This document shows, one piece after another, positions 52,635 to 64,000 of a stretch of DNA of 64,000 nt. The first letter of the stretch is position 1. Each line of letters opens with the position of its first letter. Position numbers and translations under genes: made by a program. The stretch lies in assembly GCF_009914755.1 (NCBI RefSeq), contig NC_060938.1. One strand, written 5' to 3'. Source of the DNA: the human T2T-CHM13v2.0 reference genome, Homo sapiens. The notes under the pieces are model-generated. The model saw only the letters and a program-made list of their open reading frames with translations, made no database searches and was not told where the DNA came from.

Positions 52635-55600
52635 CATGTCTAGCGTGACCCTCCTTCCTGGCAGTGACACTGTTGATGTGAACCCCAATTTCACATCTGT
52701 CATTTGTAAATAGGACCATTTTCCCTTTTCGCTCTCCCTTCCATTCACAGGGCTTTTCATTCTCTCTGTTACTGCCTCCGTTTCAGATATTTACTCACCT
52801 TTTTCTCTCTCACTATGTCTGCCGTGGGCTCCATGAGAGTGCGCCACATAAGATTCCCCCATTAAAAGTCATGAATTGAGTGGCTTTTAGTATACCTGTG
52901 GTTGTGCACATTCAAATTTAATTCGCAATTCATTGTAGAACGTCTTATCACTCCCGGCCAGAGAAAAACCCTGTAGACATTAGTCACTCCTCATTCTGTC
53001 TCAAACCCTCTCCCTGACCCGCAGCCCTAGGTAGCAACTACCTAGTGCGATCAATCCCATATGCATAGATTACCATATTGTGGACATTTCCTATAAGCGG
53101 AATTGCACAATAGGGGAGCTGTTATGACTGACATAACACGTAACACAATATTTTCAAGATTCGTCCACATTGTAGGCTTACCCACAGGGGGAAACCACTT
53201 TTTTGGGGGCTTTTAGTAACACCGGTGTTTTCTCCTTCGTTACGTCCTTCTTTCCTTCCTTCCTTCCTTCCTTCCTTCCTTCCTTCCTTCCTTCCTGACT
53301 TCCTTCTTTCCTTCCCTCCTTCCTCCTATTTCTCTCTTACTCCTTCTGCCCTCTCTCTTTCCTATGCCTTAGGTGCATCCCACATTCTGCGTTTTTTTGG
53401 GGAAATCCTCGACAGGTGCAGGAAAATTGTGTTATTGTAACTATTTACCGTTATCTCTCTTTCACGGCTCTCCATCAGTTGTGAACATCTATTGGTTTAT
53501 CCCAAGTCTCTAAGCATATTTTCATTAGGTAAACCTGTTTTTCCTTATACAGCTGTTTCTGGAGTATAGGGTCGCATACTCATAAATCCAGTGTAACTCA
53601 GAAACGCATCTAATATTCCAGTAAACCCATCATAACGTTGAAAAATCGTAAATCAAGCCATCATAAGTCACGGTTTGTCCGTGGATATGGGCCTCATCAA
53701 TTCCATTGTATTCAGTAATGCTGTACACCATTAACAATGGCAGACTGATTGGGAGTGGATATTGATAGCATTATAAAAGTCAGTTATTAGAGGGATACTT
53801 CTTTAACCTGACTGAAGAACTGATCTAATGGCTTTAGTACAGTGCATGATTATGTGCGATGTTTTGAGACAGAGTAGTACATTTGTGAATGAAATTTTAT
53901 GGCTTTTTTTTTCACTTAGTAGGAACCATTGTGTGTGGAAAAGTGAGAAAATGGCTTTCTGCTGTAGGGTCTGGCATTCATTGTAGATGTAAGCTGATTT
54001 TTCTGTGAGCAAATCTTATTCAATAAAATACTACTCTTTATACTAAAAAACAAAAACAGTGGTGATGTGTGGTCATTATCCTCAACAAACTTATCCAGGG
54101 AAAGAAAACCAAACGCCACAACTCACTTATAATGGGAGCTGAAAAATGAGATCCCATGGACACAGGAAGGGGAACAACACACACTGGGGCCTTCCGGGAG
54201 ACAGAGCGTTAAGAAAAACAGCTACTGCATGCTGGGATTAATACCTAGGTGATGGGTTGACAGGTGCAGCAAACCACCATGGCACACGTTTACCTTAGTA
54301 ACAAATCTGCACATCCTGCACATATACCCCAGAACTTAGGAACGAAACGAAACAAAAGACAAGGAAAAAGCAACAGCAAAACGCTAAAGGCAAAATAAAG
54401 TTTCAAACTGAGAAAGTGACAGACCAAAGTCTGGTTCAAATCATGGTTCCCAGCCCAGGTGCCATAAGGTCAGGATAAAGGATGTGATTACATATTGTCA
54501 ATAAGACATGCAGCAAATGACCAGAATGATTATTCTCAACATATGAGTGTCTTCTAATTCAATGGCGACGCTATCTACCGGGACATAGCATTAGATTCCA
54601 AAGGGCCGAGTCCCGCCAGACAGGCCTCCCACACTAATAACAATGGGAAGCCCTACGTTGCTTTACCTGTGCTTCTCAGCCACTGGCTATAATTCAGGTT
54701 GCCACCACTCCCAGATTTAGTTGCATTCATTTGCTGGAAGAGCTCACAGCACGCAGGGAAACACTTACATTTGCCGTTGTATTTTAGCGGACATTGCACA
54801 AAGTTCAGAAATAAATGTGGGGCCCGGCATGTGGGGAGGGGCGCACTACCTTCCAGGAAGTGCTATCCAGAAGCTCTCTGAACCCAGTCCTTTTGGGTTT
54901 TGATGGAGACCTCATTCTATAGGCATGATGGGTTAAACCATAGGCTATTGGTGATCAACTTCACCTGGGGCTCTCCACCCTCCCTGGAAATTGGGGTTGA
55001 GGTTTTGCCATCCTCAGTCTGACTAAAAGAATTTACCCAAACGGAATTTTAAAACAGATGAGCATAACTGGAATCTTAATTAGATGATTGGATTATCTGG
55101 AGCCACACCTTGATATTCCTAACCCGAGCACCCTCATCCAACGAATGCTCCACCCAACTGGCTCCCAAGTCTCTACGTGGTTCCAGAGCAAAAGGATGTT
55201 GATACAACGCATATCTCCACCTTTTCTTCAAAGTCTTTTCGCTTACACGGAAAGACTTCTTCAACTGCCATGCATCAGGGTCAGGGGGAGGTCTTGTTAC
55301 AACACAGATCTGCGGATCTCCGGCATTTGACTGTGGCAAGGATGCTGCTGGTGTCAAAACCACAACGTGGGAACCACAGAACCACTAGTGGGTTTTCAGT
55401 GTTTCAGTGCATACAATTCCTAATATATCTGGCTAAGAAAACTTGTAAGTTCTTAGATTGTCCCAAAGGTGGCGCATGAAATCAAAGCAGGAGAACAGTT
55501 TCCTACGAGGTGTAGCCTGGGAAAGTTGGGGGTGACTGATGGAAAGGAGGAGTGAAGCTCCACCCTTTCCGCTGCTAGGCTGCGCCCGAGACAATTTAAA

Positions 55601-55749
55601 CCCACCCTGGCTGGCCTGTACTCAGATCTTCGCGGAGCGGATCAGCGGCCGGAGCGTTTGGCGGACTCTGCGTGGACTTGGAGCTCACAGCGTCTTGCGA
55701 CTTGGAAGCGGATTCAGAGGACAGGACAGAACACTTGGACAAGTGAATC

Positions 55750-55784
<35 letters not shown>

Positions 55785-55953
55785 CATTGGTTGGTTGATT
55801 TCCATTTTCTTAAGGGGCACATACCTCACACCACACACACACAAACACAAACACGCACACACACACACACACGCACACACACGCACACACACTCCTTCCT
55901 TCTGCGAGTTAGAACATTAGTAGGGGCCCCTGGGAGCTGCAGGTTTCCTAAAC

Positions 55954-58935
55954 ATGTCTGCACCTAAGAACAGTAGGGTCTTGTCTGGCTCTTCTTATGA
56001 ACGGTCCCCCAGCCCGGACTCCCCAAGGTCCATGCGAGCCTCACCCAGCTTCTCCCTCTCCCCTCTCAGAAACTCAGGCTTAAGGGGAAGCTCCTCACCA
56101 GGGATCGGGAGCTACCATTCACCATCCCCTAGGGCTTCACCACACTCACCTCTGTCATCACCAGAATCCCACAAGCTCCCATTTCCCTGTCCTCACCGTG
56201 ATGGGCAATCAATAAAGCCATTGGGCTCTCCCGTGTCCTCCTCTGAGGAATCCTCAGAGTCCCCACGTTCATCAATAATATACCACATGTTCTTACTGCC
56301 ATCACCCAGCAGCTCACCCCCAGCTCTCGGGGGGTCTCCTGTGTCTCCCAGCTACTCTCCAAACAACCCCAGATTTCAGCTGCGGTCAGCCCCCCACACC
56401 AAGGAATCACCTACAAACTCACGAGCCTCACTTTTCTCCACCCCTGTGTCTTTCATCTCTTCACCCCCAGGCCTCAGGGACCCTCCTGTGGCTCCCAGTT
56501 ACTCTCCAGCCATCCCCAGGTTCCTGCGGGAGTCAGCCCCATACACCCAGGAGTCCCCCAGAGACTCACAGGTCTTGGGAGATTATGAGCGGTCCCTCAG
56601 CCCTGACTCCTCAAGATTCATGCCTGCCTCACCCAGCTTCTCCCTCTCCCCTCCCAGAAACTCAGACCCAAGGGGCAGCTCCTCACCAGGGATGTGGAAG
56701 TCCTCTACATCATCCCGCAGGGCTTCACCACTCTCACATCCGTCATCAACAGAATTCCACAACTTTACGTTTCCCTTTCCTAACCAAGCAGGACAGTCAC
56801 TCATGTCATTGTGTTCTCCCGTGACCTCCTCTGGAGATTCTTCACAGTCACCTCATTCATCAATAATATACCATATGTTCTTACTGCCATCATCCAGCAG
56901 CTCACCCCCAGCCACCCATGACTCTCCTGTCTGTCCCAGCTACTCTCCAACTACGCCCAGATTTCAGCGGGAGTCTGTACCCCACACCCCAGAAACACCT
57001 ACAAACTCACAGACCTCAGTGAGATCCTCGCCAGTCTCTCTCACGTCTTCACCCCCAGCCCTTACGGACCCTCCAGTCTGTCCCAGCTACTCTCCAACCA
57101 CGCCCACATTTCAGCGCGGGTCAGTTCCAGGAACCCAGGGATCACCACCAAGCCCACCGCTTTCACTGAGTTACTCCCCAGTCTCTAGCACGTCTTTATC
57201 TCCAACCCTCAGGGACTCGCCTGTCTGTCCCAGCTACTCTCCAAACACGCCCACACTTCAGCGGGAGTCCGTTGCAGGCACCCAGAAGTCACCACCAAAC
57301 TCACCAATTTCACTGCGTTACTCCCCAGTCTCTCTCATGTCTTCACCATCCCTCAGGGACTCTCCCGTCTGTCCCAGCTACTCTCCAACCACGCCCACAT
57401 TTCAGCTGGAGTCAGTTCCAGGCACCCCGGAATCACCACCAAACTCACCAATTTCACTCAGTTACTCCCCAGTCTCTAGCACGTCTTTATCTCCAACCCT
57501 CAGGGACTCTCCTGTGTGTCCCAGCTACTCTCCAACCACGCCCACACTTCAGCGGGAGTCAGTTCCAGGCACCCAGGAATCACCACCAAACTCACCAATT
57601 TCACTCAATTACTCTCCAGTCTCTCTCGTGTCTTCACCAGCCCTCAGGGACTCTCCTGTCTGTCCCAGCTACTCTACAACCACGCCCACATTTCAGCTGG
57701 AGTCAGTTCCAGGCACCCCGGAGTCACCACCAAACTCACCAGTTTCACTCAGTTACTCCCCGGTCTCTCTCATGTCTTCACCCCCAGCCCTCAGGGACTC
57801 TCCTGTGCGTCCCAGCTACTCTCCAACCATGCCCAGATTCCAGCGGGAGTCAGTTCCAGGCACCCATGTATCACCACCAAACTCAGCAGTTTCACTGAGT
57901 TACTCCCCAGTCTCTCTCATGTCTTCACCCCCAGACCCCTGGGACTCTCCTGTCTGTCCCAGCTACTCTCCCACCACGCCCAGATTTCAGCGGGAGTCAG
58001 CCTCCCACACTCCGGAATCAGATACAGACTCACAGACTTCACTGAACTCCTCCCTGGTCTCTCTCAGGTCTTTGCCCTCATCCCACAGGGACTCTTGTGT
58101 CTCTTTCAGCTACTCTCAAAACTTCTCTAGATTCCAGCTGGAGTCAGTTCCAGGCACCCACGATACACCACCGAACTCACGAATTTCACTGACTTACGCC
58201 CCAGTCTCCCTCATGTTCTCACCCCCAGCCCTCAGGGACTCTTCTGTCTCTCTCAGCTACTCTCCAACCATCTCCAGATTTCACCTGGAGTCAGCTTCCC
58301 ACACCCTGGAATCACCTGCAAACTCACGGACCTTACTGCAACCATCCCCCATTTCTTTCACCTCTTCACCCCCTGCCTTCAGGGACTCTCCTGGGTCTCC
58401 CAGCTTCTCTCCAGCCTTCCCCAGATTTCTGCCACAGTCAGCCCCAGGCACCCAGGACAACCCTAGACACTCACAGGCCTCACCAGACTATCTCCCTATG
58501 ACCTGTACCTATACAGGGATGGCTCCCACGCATCCCTCAGTGACCCCAAACCCATCTCCACTTACACTCAGGCACTCCCAGGGCCTGACAGCTACTCCCC
58601 GTTATTGTCCTTCAGTTCGAAGCCCTGGCCAATCTACTAGCCCACATGACGCAGTTACCTGGCCATTTCTCCACGGTTCCCGGGAGGGCCCCACACCCAG
58701 CCGCACAAGAGCCCCTCCTGCATTCCGTCCTCACACGCAGGCCTGTCCATCTACTTGCTACTGTCACACTCTTGCCAGCAGAAGAGGCCCCTGTAATGGC
58801 CGATATCACCACCCAGTCTATCCTCACCCCACAGCTGTGCAGCGGGAACCCCCTGCTGGCCCACGTGGCTGCCACAGCCCATGCTGGCACGACGCTCCAG
58901 CAGGTCGGCGTCCCTGCGGGCCAAACTACCGGTGA
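55954..58935 (+). CDS. 993-aa Ser/Pro-rich repeat protein, copy 10
   Basis: Intact 2982-bp ORF. Confidence 0.6.
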   Translation: MSAPKNSRVLSGSSYERSPSPDSPRSMRASPSFSLSPLRNSGLRGSSSPGIGSYHSPSPRASPHSPLSSPESHKLPFPCPHRDGQSIKPLGSPVSSSEESSESPRSSIIYHMFLLPSPSSSPPALGGSPVSPSYSPNNPRFQLRSAPHTKESPTNSRASLFSTPVSFISSPPGLRDPPVAPSYSPAIPRFLRESAPYTQESPRDSQVLGDYERSLSPDSSRFMPASPSFSLSPPRNSDPRGSSSPGMWKSSTSSRRASPLSHPSSTEFHNFTFPFPNQAGQSLMSLCSPVTSSGDSSQSPHSSIIYHMFLLPSSSSSPPATHDSPVCPSYSPTTPRFQRESVPHTPETPTNSQTSVRSSPVSLTSSPPALTDPPVCPSYSPTTPTFQRGSVPGTQGSPPSPPLSLSYSPVSSTSLSPTLRDSPVCPSYSPNTPTLQRESVAGTQKSPPNSPISLRYSPVSLMSSPSLRDSPVCPSYSPTTPTFQLESVPGTPESPPNSPISLSYSPVSSTSLSPTLRDSPVCPSYSPTTPTLQRESVPGTQESPPNSPISLNYSPVSLVSSPALRDSPVCPSYSTTTPTFQLESVPGTPESPPNSPVSLSYSPVSLMSSPPALRDSPVRPSYSPTMPRFQRESVPGTHVSPPNSAVSLSYSPVSLMSSPPDPWDSPVCPSYSPTTPRFQRESASHTPESDTDSQTSLNSSLVSLRSLPSSHRDSCVSFSYSQNFSRFQLESVPGTHDTPPNSRISLTYAPVSLMFSPPALRDSSVSLSYSPTISRFHLESASHTLESPANSRTLLQPSPISFTSSPPAFRDSPGSPSFSPAFPRFLPQSAPGTQDNPRHSQASPDYLPMTCTYTGMAPTHPSVTPNPSPLTLRHSQGLTATPRYCPSVRSPGQSTSPHDAVTWPFLHGSREGPTPSRTRAPPAFRPHTQACPSTCYCHTLASRRGPCNGRYHHPVYPHPTAVQREPPAGPRGCHSPCWHDAPAGRRPCGPNYR

Positions 58936-61900
58936 CATGTCTAGCGTCACCCTCCTTCCTGGCAGTGACACTGTTGATGTGAACCCCAATTTCACATCTG
59001 TCATTTGTAAATAGGACCATTTTCCCTTTTCGCTCTCCCTTCCATTCACAGGGCTTTTCATTCTCTCTGTTACTGCCTCCGTTTCAGATATTTACTCACC
59101 TTTTTCTCTCTCACTATGTCTGCCGTGGGCTCCATGAGAGTGCGCCACATAAGATTCCCCCATTAAAAGTCATGAATTGAGTGGCTTTTAGTATACCTGT
59201 GGTTGTGCACATTCAAATTTAATTCGCAATTCATTGTAGAACGTCTTATCACTCCCGGCCAGAGAAAAACCCTGTAGACATTAGTCACTCCTCATTCTGT
59301 CTCAAACCCTCTCCCTGACCCGCAGCCCTAGGTAGCAACTACCTAGTGCGATCAATCCCATATGCATAGATTACCATATTGTGGACATTTCCTATAAGCG
59401 GAATTGCACAATAGGGGAGCTGTTATGACTGACATAACACGTAACACAATATTTTCAAGATTCGTCCACATTGTAGGCTTACCCACAGGGGGAAACCACT
59501 TTTTTGGGGGCTTTTAGTAACACCGGTGTTTTCTCCTTCATTACGTCCTTCTTTCCTTCCTTCCTTCCTTCCTTCCTTCCTTCCTGACTTCCTTCTTTCC
59601 TTCCCTCCTTCCTCCTATTTCTCTCTTACTCCTTCTGCCCTCTCTCTTTCCTATGCCTTAGGTGCATCCCACATTCTGCGTTTTTTTGGGGAAATCCTCG
59701 ACAGGTGCAGGAAAATTGTGTTATTGTAACTATTTACCGTTATCTCTCTTTCACGGCTCTCCATCAGTTGTGAACATCTATTGGTTTATCCCAAGTCTCT
59801 AAGCATATTTTCATTAGGTAAACCTGTTTTTCCTTATACAGCTGTTTCTGGAGTATAGGGTCGCATACTCATAAACCCAGTGTAACTCAGAAACGCATCT
59901 AATATTCCAGTAAACCCATCATAACGTTGAAAAATCGTAAATCAAACCATCATAAGTCACGGTTTGTCCGTGGATATGGGCCTCATCAATTCCATTGTAT
60001 TCAGTAATGCTGTACACCATTAACAATGGCAGACTGATTGGGAGTGGATATTGATAGCATTATAAAAGTCAGTTATTAGAGGGATACTTCTTTAACCTGA
60101 CTGAAGAACTGATCTAATGGCTTTAGTACAGTGCATGATTATGTGCGATGTTTTGAGACAGAGTAGTACATTTGTGAATGAAATTTTATGGCTTTTTTTT
60201 TCACTTAGTAGGAACCATTGTGTGTGGAAAAGTGAGAAAATGGCTTTCTGCTGTAGGGTCTGGCATTCATTGTAGATGTAAGCTTATTTTTCTGTGAGCA
60301 AATCTTATTCAATAAAATACTACTCTTTATACTAAAAAACAAAAACAGTGGTGATGTGTGGTCATTATCCTCAGCAAACTTATCCAGGGAAAGAAAACCA
60401 AACGCCACAACTCACTTATAATGGGAGCTGAAAAATGAGATCCCATGGACACAGGAAGGGGAACAACACACACTGGGGCCTTCCGGGAGACAGAGCGTTA
60501 AGAAAAACAGCTACTGCATGCTGGGCTTAATACCTAGGTGATGGGTTGACAGGTGCAGCAAACCACCATGGCACACGTTTACCTTAGTAACAAATCTGCA
60601 CATCCTGCACATATACCCCAGAACTTAGGAACGAAACGAAACAAAAGACAACGAAAAAGCAACAGCAAAACGCTAAAGGCAAAATAAAGTTTCAAACTGA
60701 GAAAGTGACAGACCAACGTCTGGTTCAAATCATGGTTCTCAACCCAGGTGCTATAAGGTCAGGATAAAGGATGTGATTACATATTGTCAATAAGACATGC
60801 AGCAAATGACCAGAATGATTATTCTCAACATATATGTGTCTTCTAATTCAATGGTGACGCTATCTACCGGGACATAGCATTAGATTCCAAAGGGCCGAGT
60901 CCCGCCAGACAGGCCTCCCACACTAATAACAATGGGAAGCCCTACGTTGCTTTACCTGTGCTTCTCAGCCACTGGCTATAAATCAGGTTGCCACCACTCC
61001 CAGATTTAGTTGCATTCATTTGCTGGAAGAGCTCACAGCACGCAGGGAAACACTTACATTTGCCGTTGTATTTTAGCGGACATTGCACAAAGTTCAGAAA
61101 TAAATGTGGGGCCCGGCATGTGGGGAGGGGCGCACTACCTTCCAGGAAGTGCTATCCAGAAGCTCTCTGAACCCAGTCCTTTTGGGTTTTGATGGAGACC
61201 TCATTCTATAGGCATGATGGGTTAAACCATAGGCTATTGGTGATCAACTCCACCTGGGGCTCTCCACCCTCCCTGGAAATTGGGGTTGAGGCTTTGCCAT
61301 CCTCAGTCTGACTAAAAGAATTTACCCAAACGGAATTTTAAAACAGATGAGCATAACTGGAATCTTAATTAGATGATTGGATTATCTGGAGCCACACCTT
61401 GATATTCCTAACCCGAGCACCCTCATCCAACGAATGCTCCACCCAACTGGCTCCCAAGTCTCTACGTGGTTCCAGAGCAAAAGGATGTTGATACAACGCA
61501 TATCTCCACCTTTTCTTCAAAGTCTTTTCGCTTACACGGAAAGACTTCTTCAACTGCCATGCATCAGGGTCAGGGGGAGGTCTTGTTACAACACAGATCT
61601 GCGGATCTCCGGCATTTGACTGTGGCAACGATGCTGCTGGTGTCAAAACCACAACGTGGGAACCACAGAACCACTAGTGGGTTTTCAGTGTTTCAGTGCA
61701 TACAATTCCTAATATATCTGGCCAAGAAAACTTGTAAGTTCTTAGATTGTCCCAAAGGTGGCGCATGAAATCAAAGCAGGAGAACAGTTTCCTACGAGGT
61801 GTAGCCTGGGAAAGTTGGGGGTGACTGATGGAAAGGAGGAGTGAAGCTCCACCCTTTCCGCTGCTAGGCTGCGCCCGAGGCTATTTAAACCCACCCTGGC

Positions 61901-62038
61901 TGGCCTGTACTCAGATCTTCGCGGAGCGGATCAGCGGCCGGAGCGTTTGGCGGACTCTGCGTGGACTTGGAGCTCACAGCGTCTTGCGACTTGGAAGCGG
62001 ATTCAGAGGACAGGACAGAACACTTGGACAAGTGAATC

Positions 62039-62069
<31 letters not shown>

Positions 62070-62238
62070 CATTGGTTGGTTGATTTCCATTTTCTTAAGG
62101 GGCACATACCTCACACCGCACACACACAAACACACACACGCACACACACACACACACGCACACACACGCACACACACTCCTTCCTTCTGCGAGTTAGAAC
62201 ATTAGTAGGGGCCCCTGGGAGCTGCAGGTTTCCTAAAC

Positions 62239-64000
62239 ATGTCTGCACCTAAGAACAGTAGGGTCTTGTCTGGCTCTTCTTATGAACGGTCCCCCAGCCC
62301 GGACTCCCCAAGGTCCATGCGAGCCTCACCCAGCTTCTCCCTCTCCCCTCTCAGAAACTCAGGCTTAAGGGGAAGCTCCTCACCAGGGATCGGGAGCTAC
62401 CATTCACCATCCCCTAGGGCTTCACCACACTCACCTCTGTCATCACCAGAATCCCACAAGCTCCCATTTCCCTGTCCTCACCGTGATGGGCAATCAATAA
62501 AGCCATTGGGCTCTCCCGTGTCCTCCTCTGAGGAATCCTCAGAGTCCCCACGTTCATCAATAATATACCACATGTTCTTACTGCCATCACCCAGCAGCTC
62601 ACCCCCAGCTCTCGGGGGGTCTCCTGTGTCTCCCAGCTACTCTCCAAACAACCCCAGATTTCAGCTGCAGTCAGCCCCCCACAACAAGGAATCACCTACA
62701 AACTCACGAGCCTCACGATGCTCCACCCCCTTGTCTTTCATCTCTTCACCCCCAGGCGTCAGGGTCTCTCCTGTGGCTCCCAGTTAGTCTCCAGCCATCC
62801 GCAGGTTCCTGCGGGAGTCAGCCCCATGCACCCAGGAGTCCCCCAGAGACTCACAGGTCTCGGGAGAAAGTGAGCGGTCCCCCAGCCCTGACTCCTCAAG
62901 ATTCATGCCTGCCTCACCCAGCTTCTCCCTCTCCCCTCCCAGAAACTCAGACCCAAGGGGCAGCTCCTCACCAGGGATGTGGAAGTCCTCTACATCATCC
63001 CGCAGGGCTTCACCACTCTCACATCCGTCATCAACAGAGTTCCACAACTTTACGTTTCCCTTTCCTAACCAAGCAGGACAATCACTCATGTCATTGTGTT
63101 CTCCCGTGACCTCCTCTGGAGATTCTTCACAGTCACCTCATTCATCAATAATATACCATATGTTCTTACTGCCATCATCCAGCAGCTCACCCCCAGCCAC
63201 CCATGACTCTCCTGTCTGTCCCAGCTACTCTCCAACTACGCCCAGATTTCAGCGGGAGTCTGTACCCCACACCCCAGAAACACCTACAAACTCACAGACC
63301 TCAGTGAGATCCTCGCCAGTCTCTCTCACGTCTTCACCCCCAGCCCTTACGGACCCTCCAGTCTGTCCCAGCTACTCTCCAACCACGCCCACATTTCAGC
63401 GCGGGTCAGTTCCAGGAACCCAGGGATCACCACCAAGCCCACCGCTTTCACTGAGTTACTCCCCAGTCTCTAGCACGTCTTTATCTCCAACCCTCAGGGA
63501 CTCGCCTGTCTGTCCCAGCTACTCTCCAAACACGCCCACACTTCAGCGGGAGTCCGTTGCAGGCACCCAGAAGTCACCACCAAACTCACCAATTTCACTG
63601 CGTTACTCCCCAGTCTCTCTCATGTCTTCACCATCCCTCAGGGACTCTCCCGTCTGTCCCAGCTACTCTCCAACCACGCCCACATTTCAGCTGGAGTCAG
63701 TTCCAGGCACCCCGGAATCACCACCAAACTCACCAATTTCACTCAGTTACTCCCCAGTCTCTAGCACGTCTTTATCTCCAACCCTCAGGGACTCTCCTGT
63801 GTGTCCCAGCTACTCTCCAACCACGCCCACACTTCAGCGGGAGTCAGTTCCAGGCACCCAGGAATCACCACCAAACTCACCAATTTCACTCAATTACTCT
63901 CCAGTCTCTCTCGTGTCTTCACCAGCCCTCAGGGACTCTCCTGTCTGTCCCAGCTACTCTACAACCACGCCCACATTTCAGCTGGAGTCAGTTCCAGGCA
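62239..64000 (+). pseudogene. Copy 11 with nonsense Y183* (3' end cut off by the window edge)
   Basis: TAG at 62785-62787, the same allele as copy 6; the frame reopens at ATG 62905 and runs off the window. Confidence 0.62.

Larger units (their letters stand above)
1..64000 (+). repeat. Macrosatellite / composite tandem array, ~6.27-6.30 kb unit (ACRO1-containing composite), ~10.2 copies
   Basis: Long-ORF starts recur at 5657, 11945, 18221, 24497, 30770, 37065, 43353, 49653, 55954 and 62239 (periods 6288, 6276, 6276, 6273, 6295, 6288, 6300, 6301, 6285). All spacer elements recur in the same order and orientation. Confidence 0.98.

Noticed and set aside
1-64000. Array as an assembly artefact
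   Set aside because: Units carry distinct SNVs, indels and microsatellite lengths, consistent with real diverged copies.

Overview
The whole window is a primate (human-like) macrosatellite: about 10.2 head-to-tail, nearly identical copies of a ~6.27-6.30 kb composite unit. Each unit has a ~2.5 kb block of 147-bp monomers that I recognise from memory as the ACRO1 satellite; the unit matches the ~6-kb ACRO composite described from acrocentric short arms and pericentromeres. The spacer holds an antisense L1MB-type fragment, (TTCC)n, a sense L1PA 3' end, a MER21-type LTR, a small CpG-rich segment and (TCTG)n/(CA)n. The main observation is that the 147-bp satellite lies entirely inside a 2982-bp ORF encoding a 993-aa Ser/Pro/Thr-rich protein. 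The protein has 49-aa repeats carrying Pol II CTD-like YSPTTP motifs and a Cys/His-rich tail. Seven full copies are intact, one partial copy is open, and three carry nonsense codons. Each ORF is flanked by gene-like signals: a DUX4-type site, a TATA/Inr pair spaced 31 bp apart, a possible 5'UTR intron, an ATG with A at -3 and an ATTAAA. The array may therefore be an unrecognised tandem gene family rather than non-coding satellite. Expression is not shown by the sequence, and repeat family names come from recognition, not a database search.
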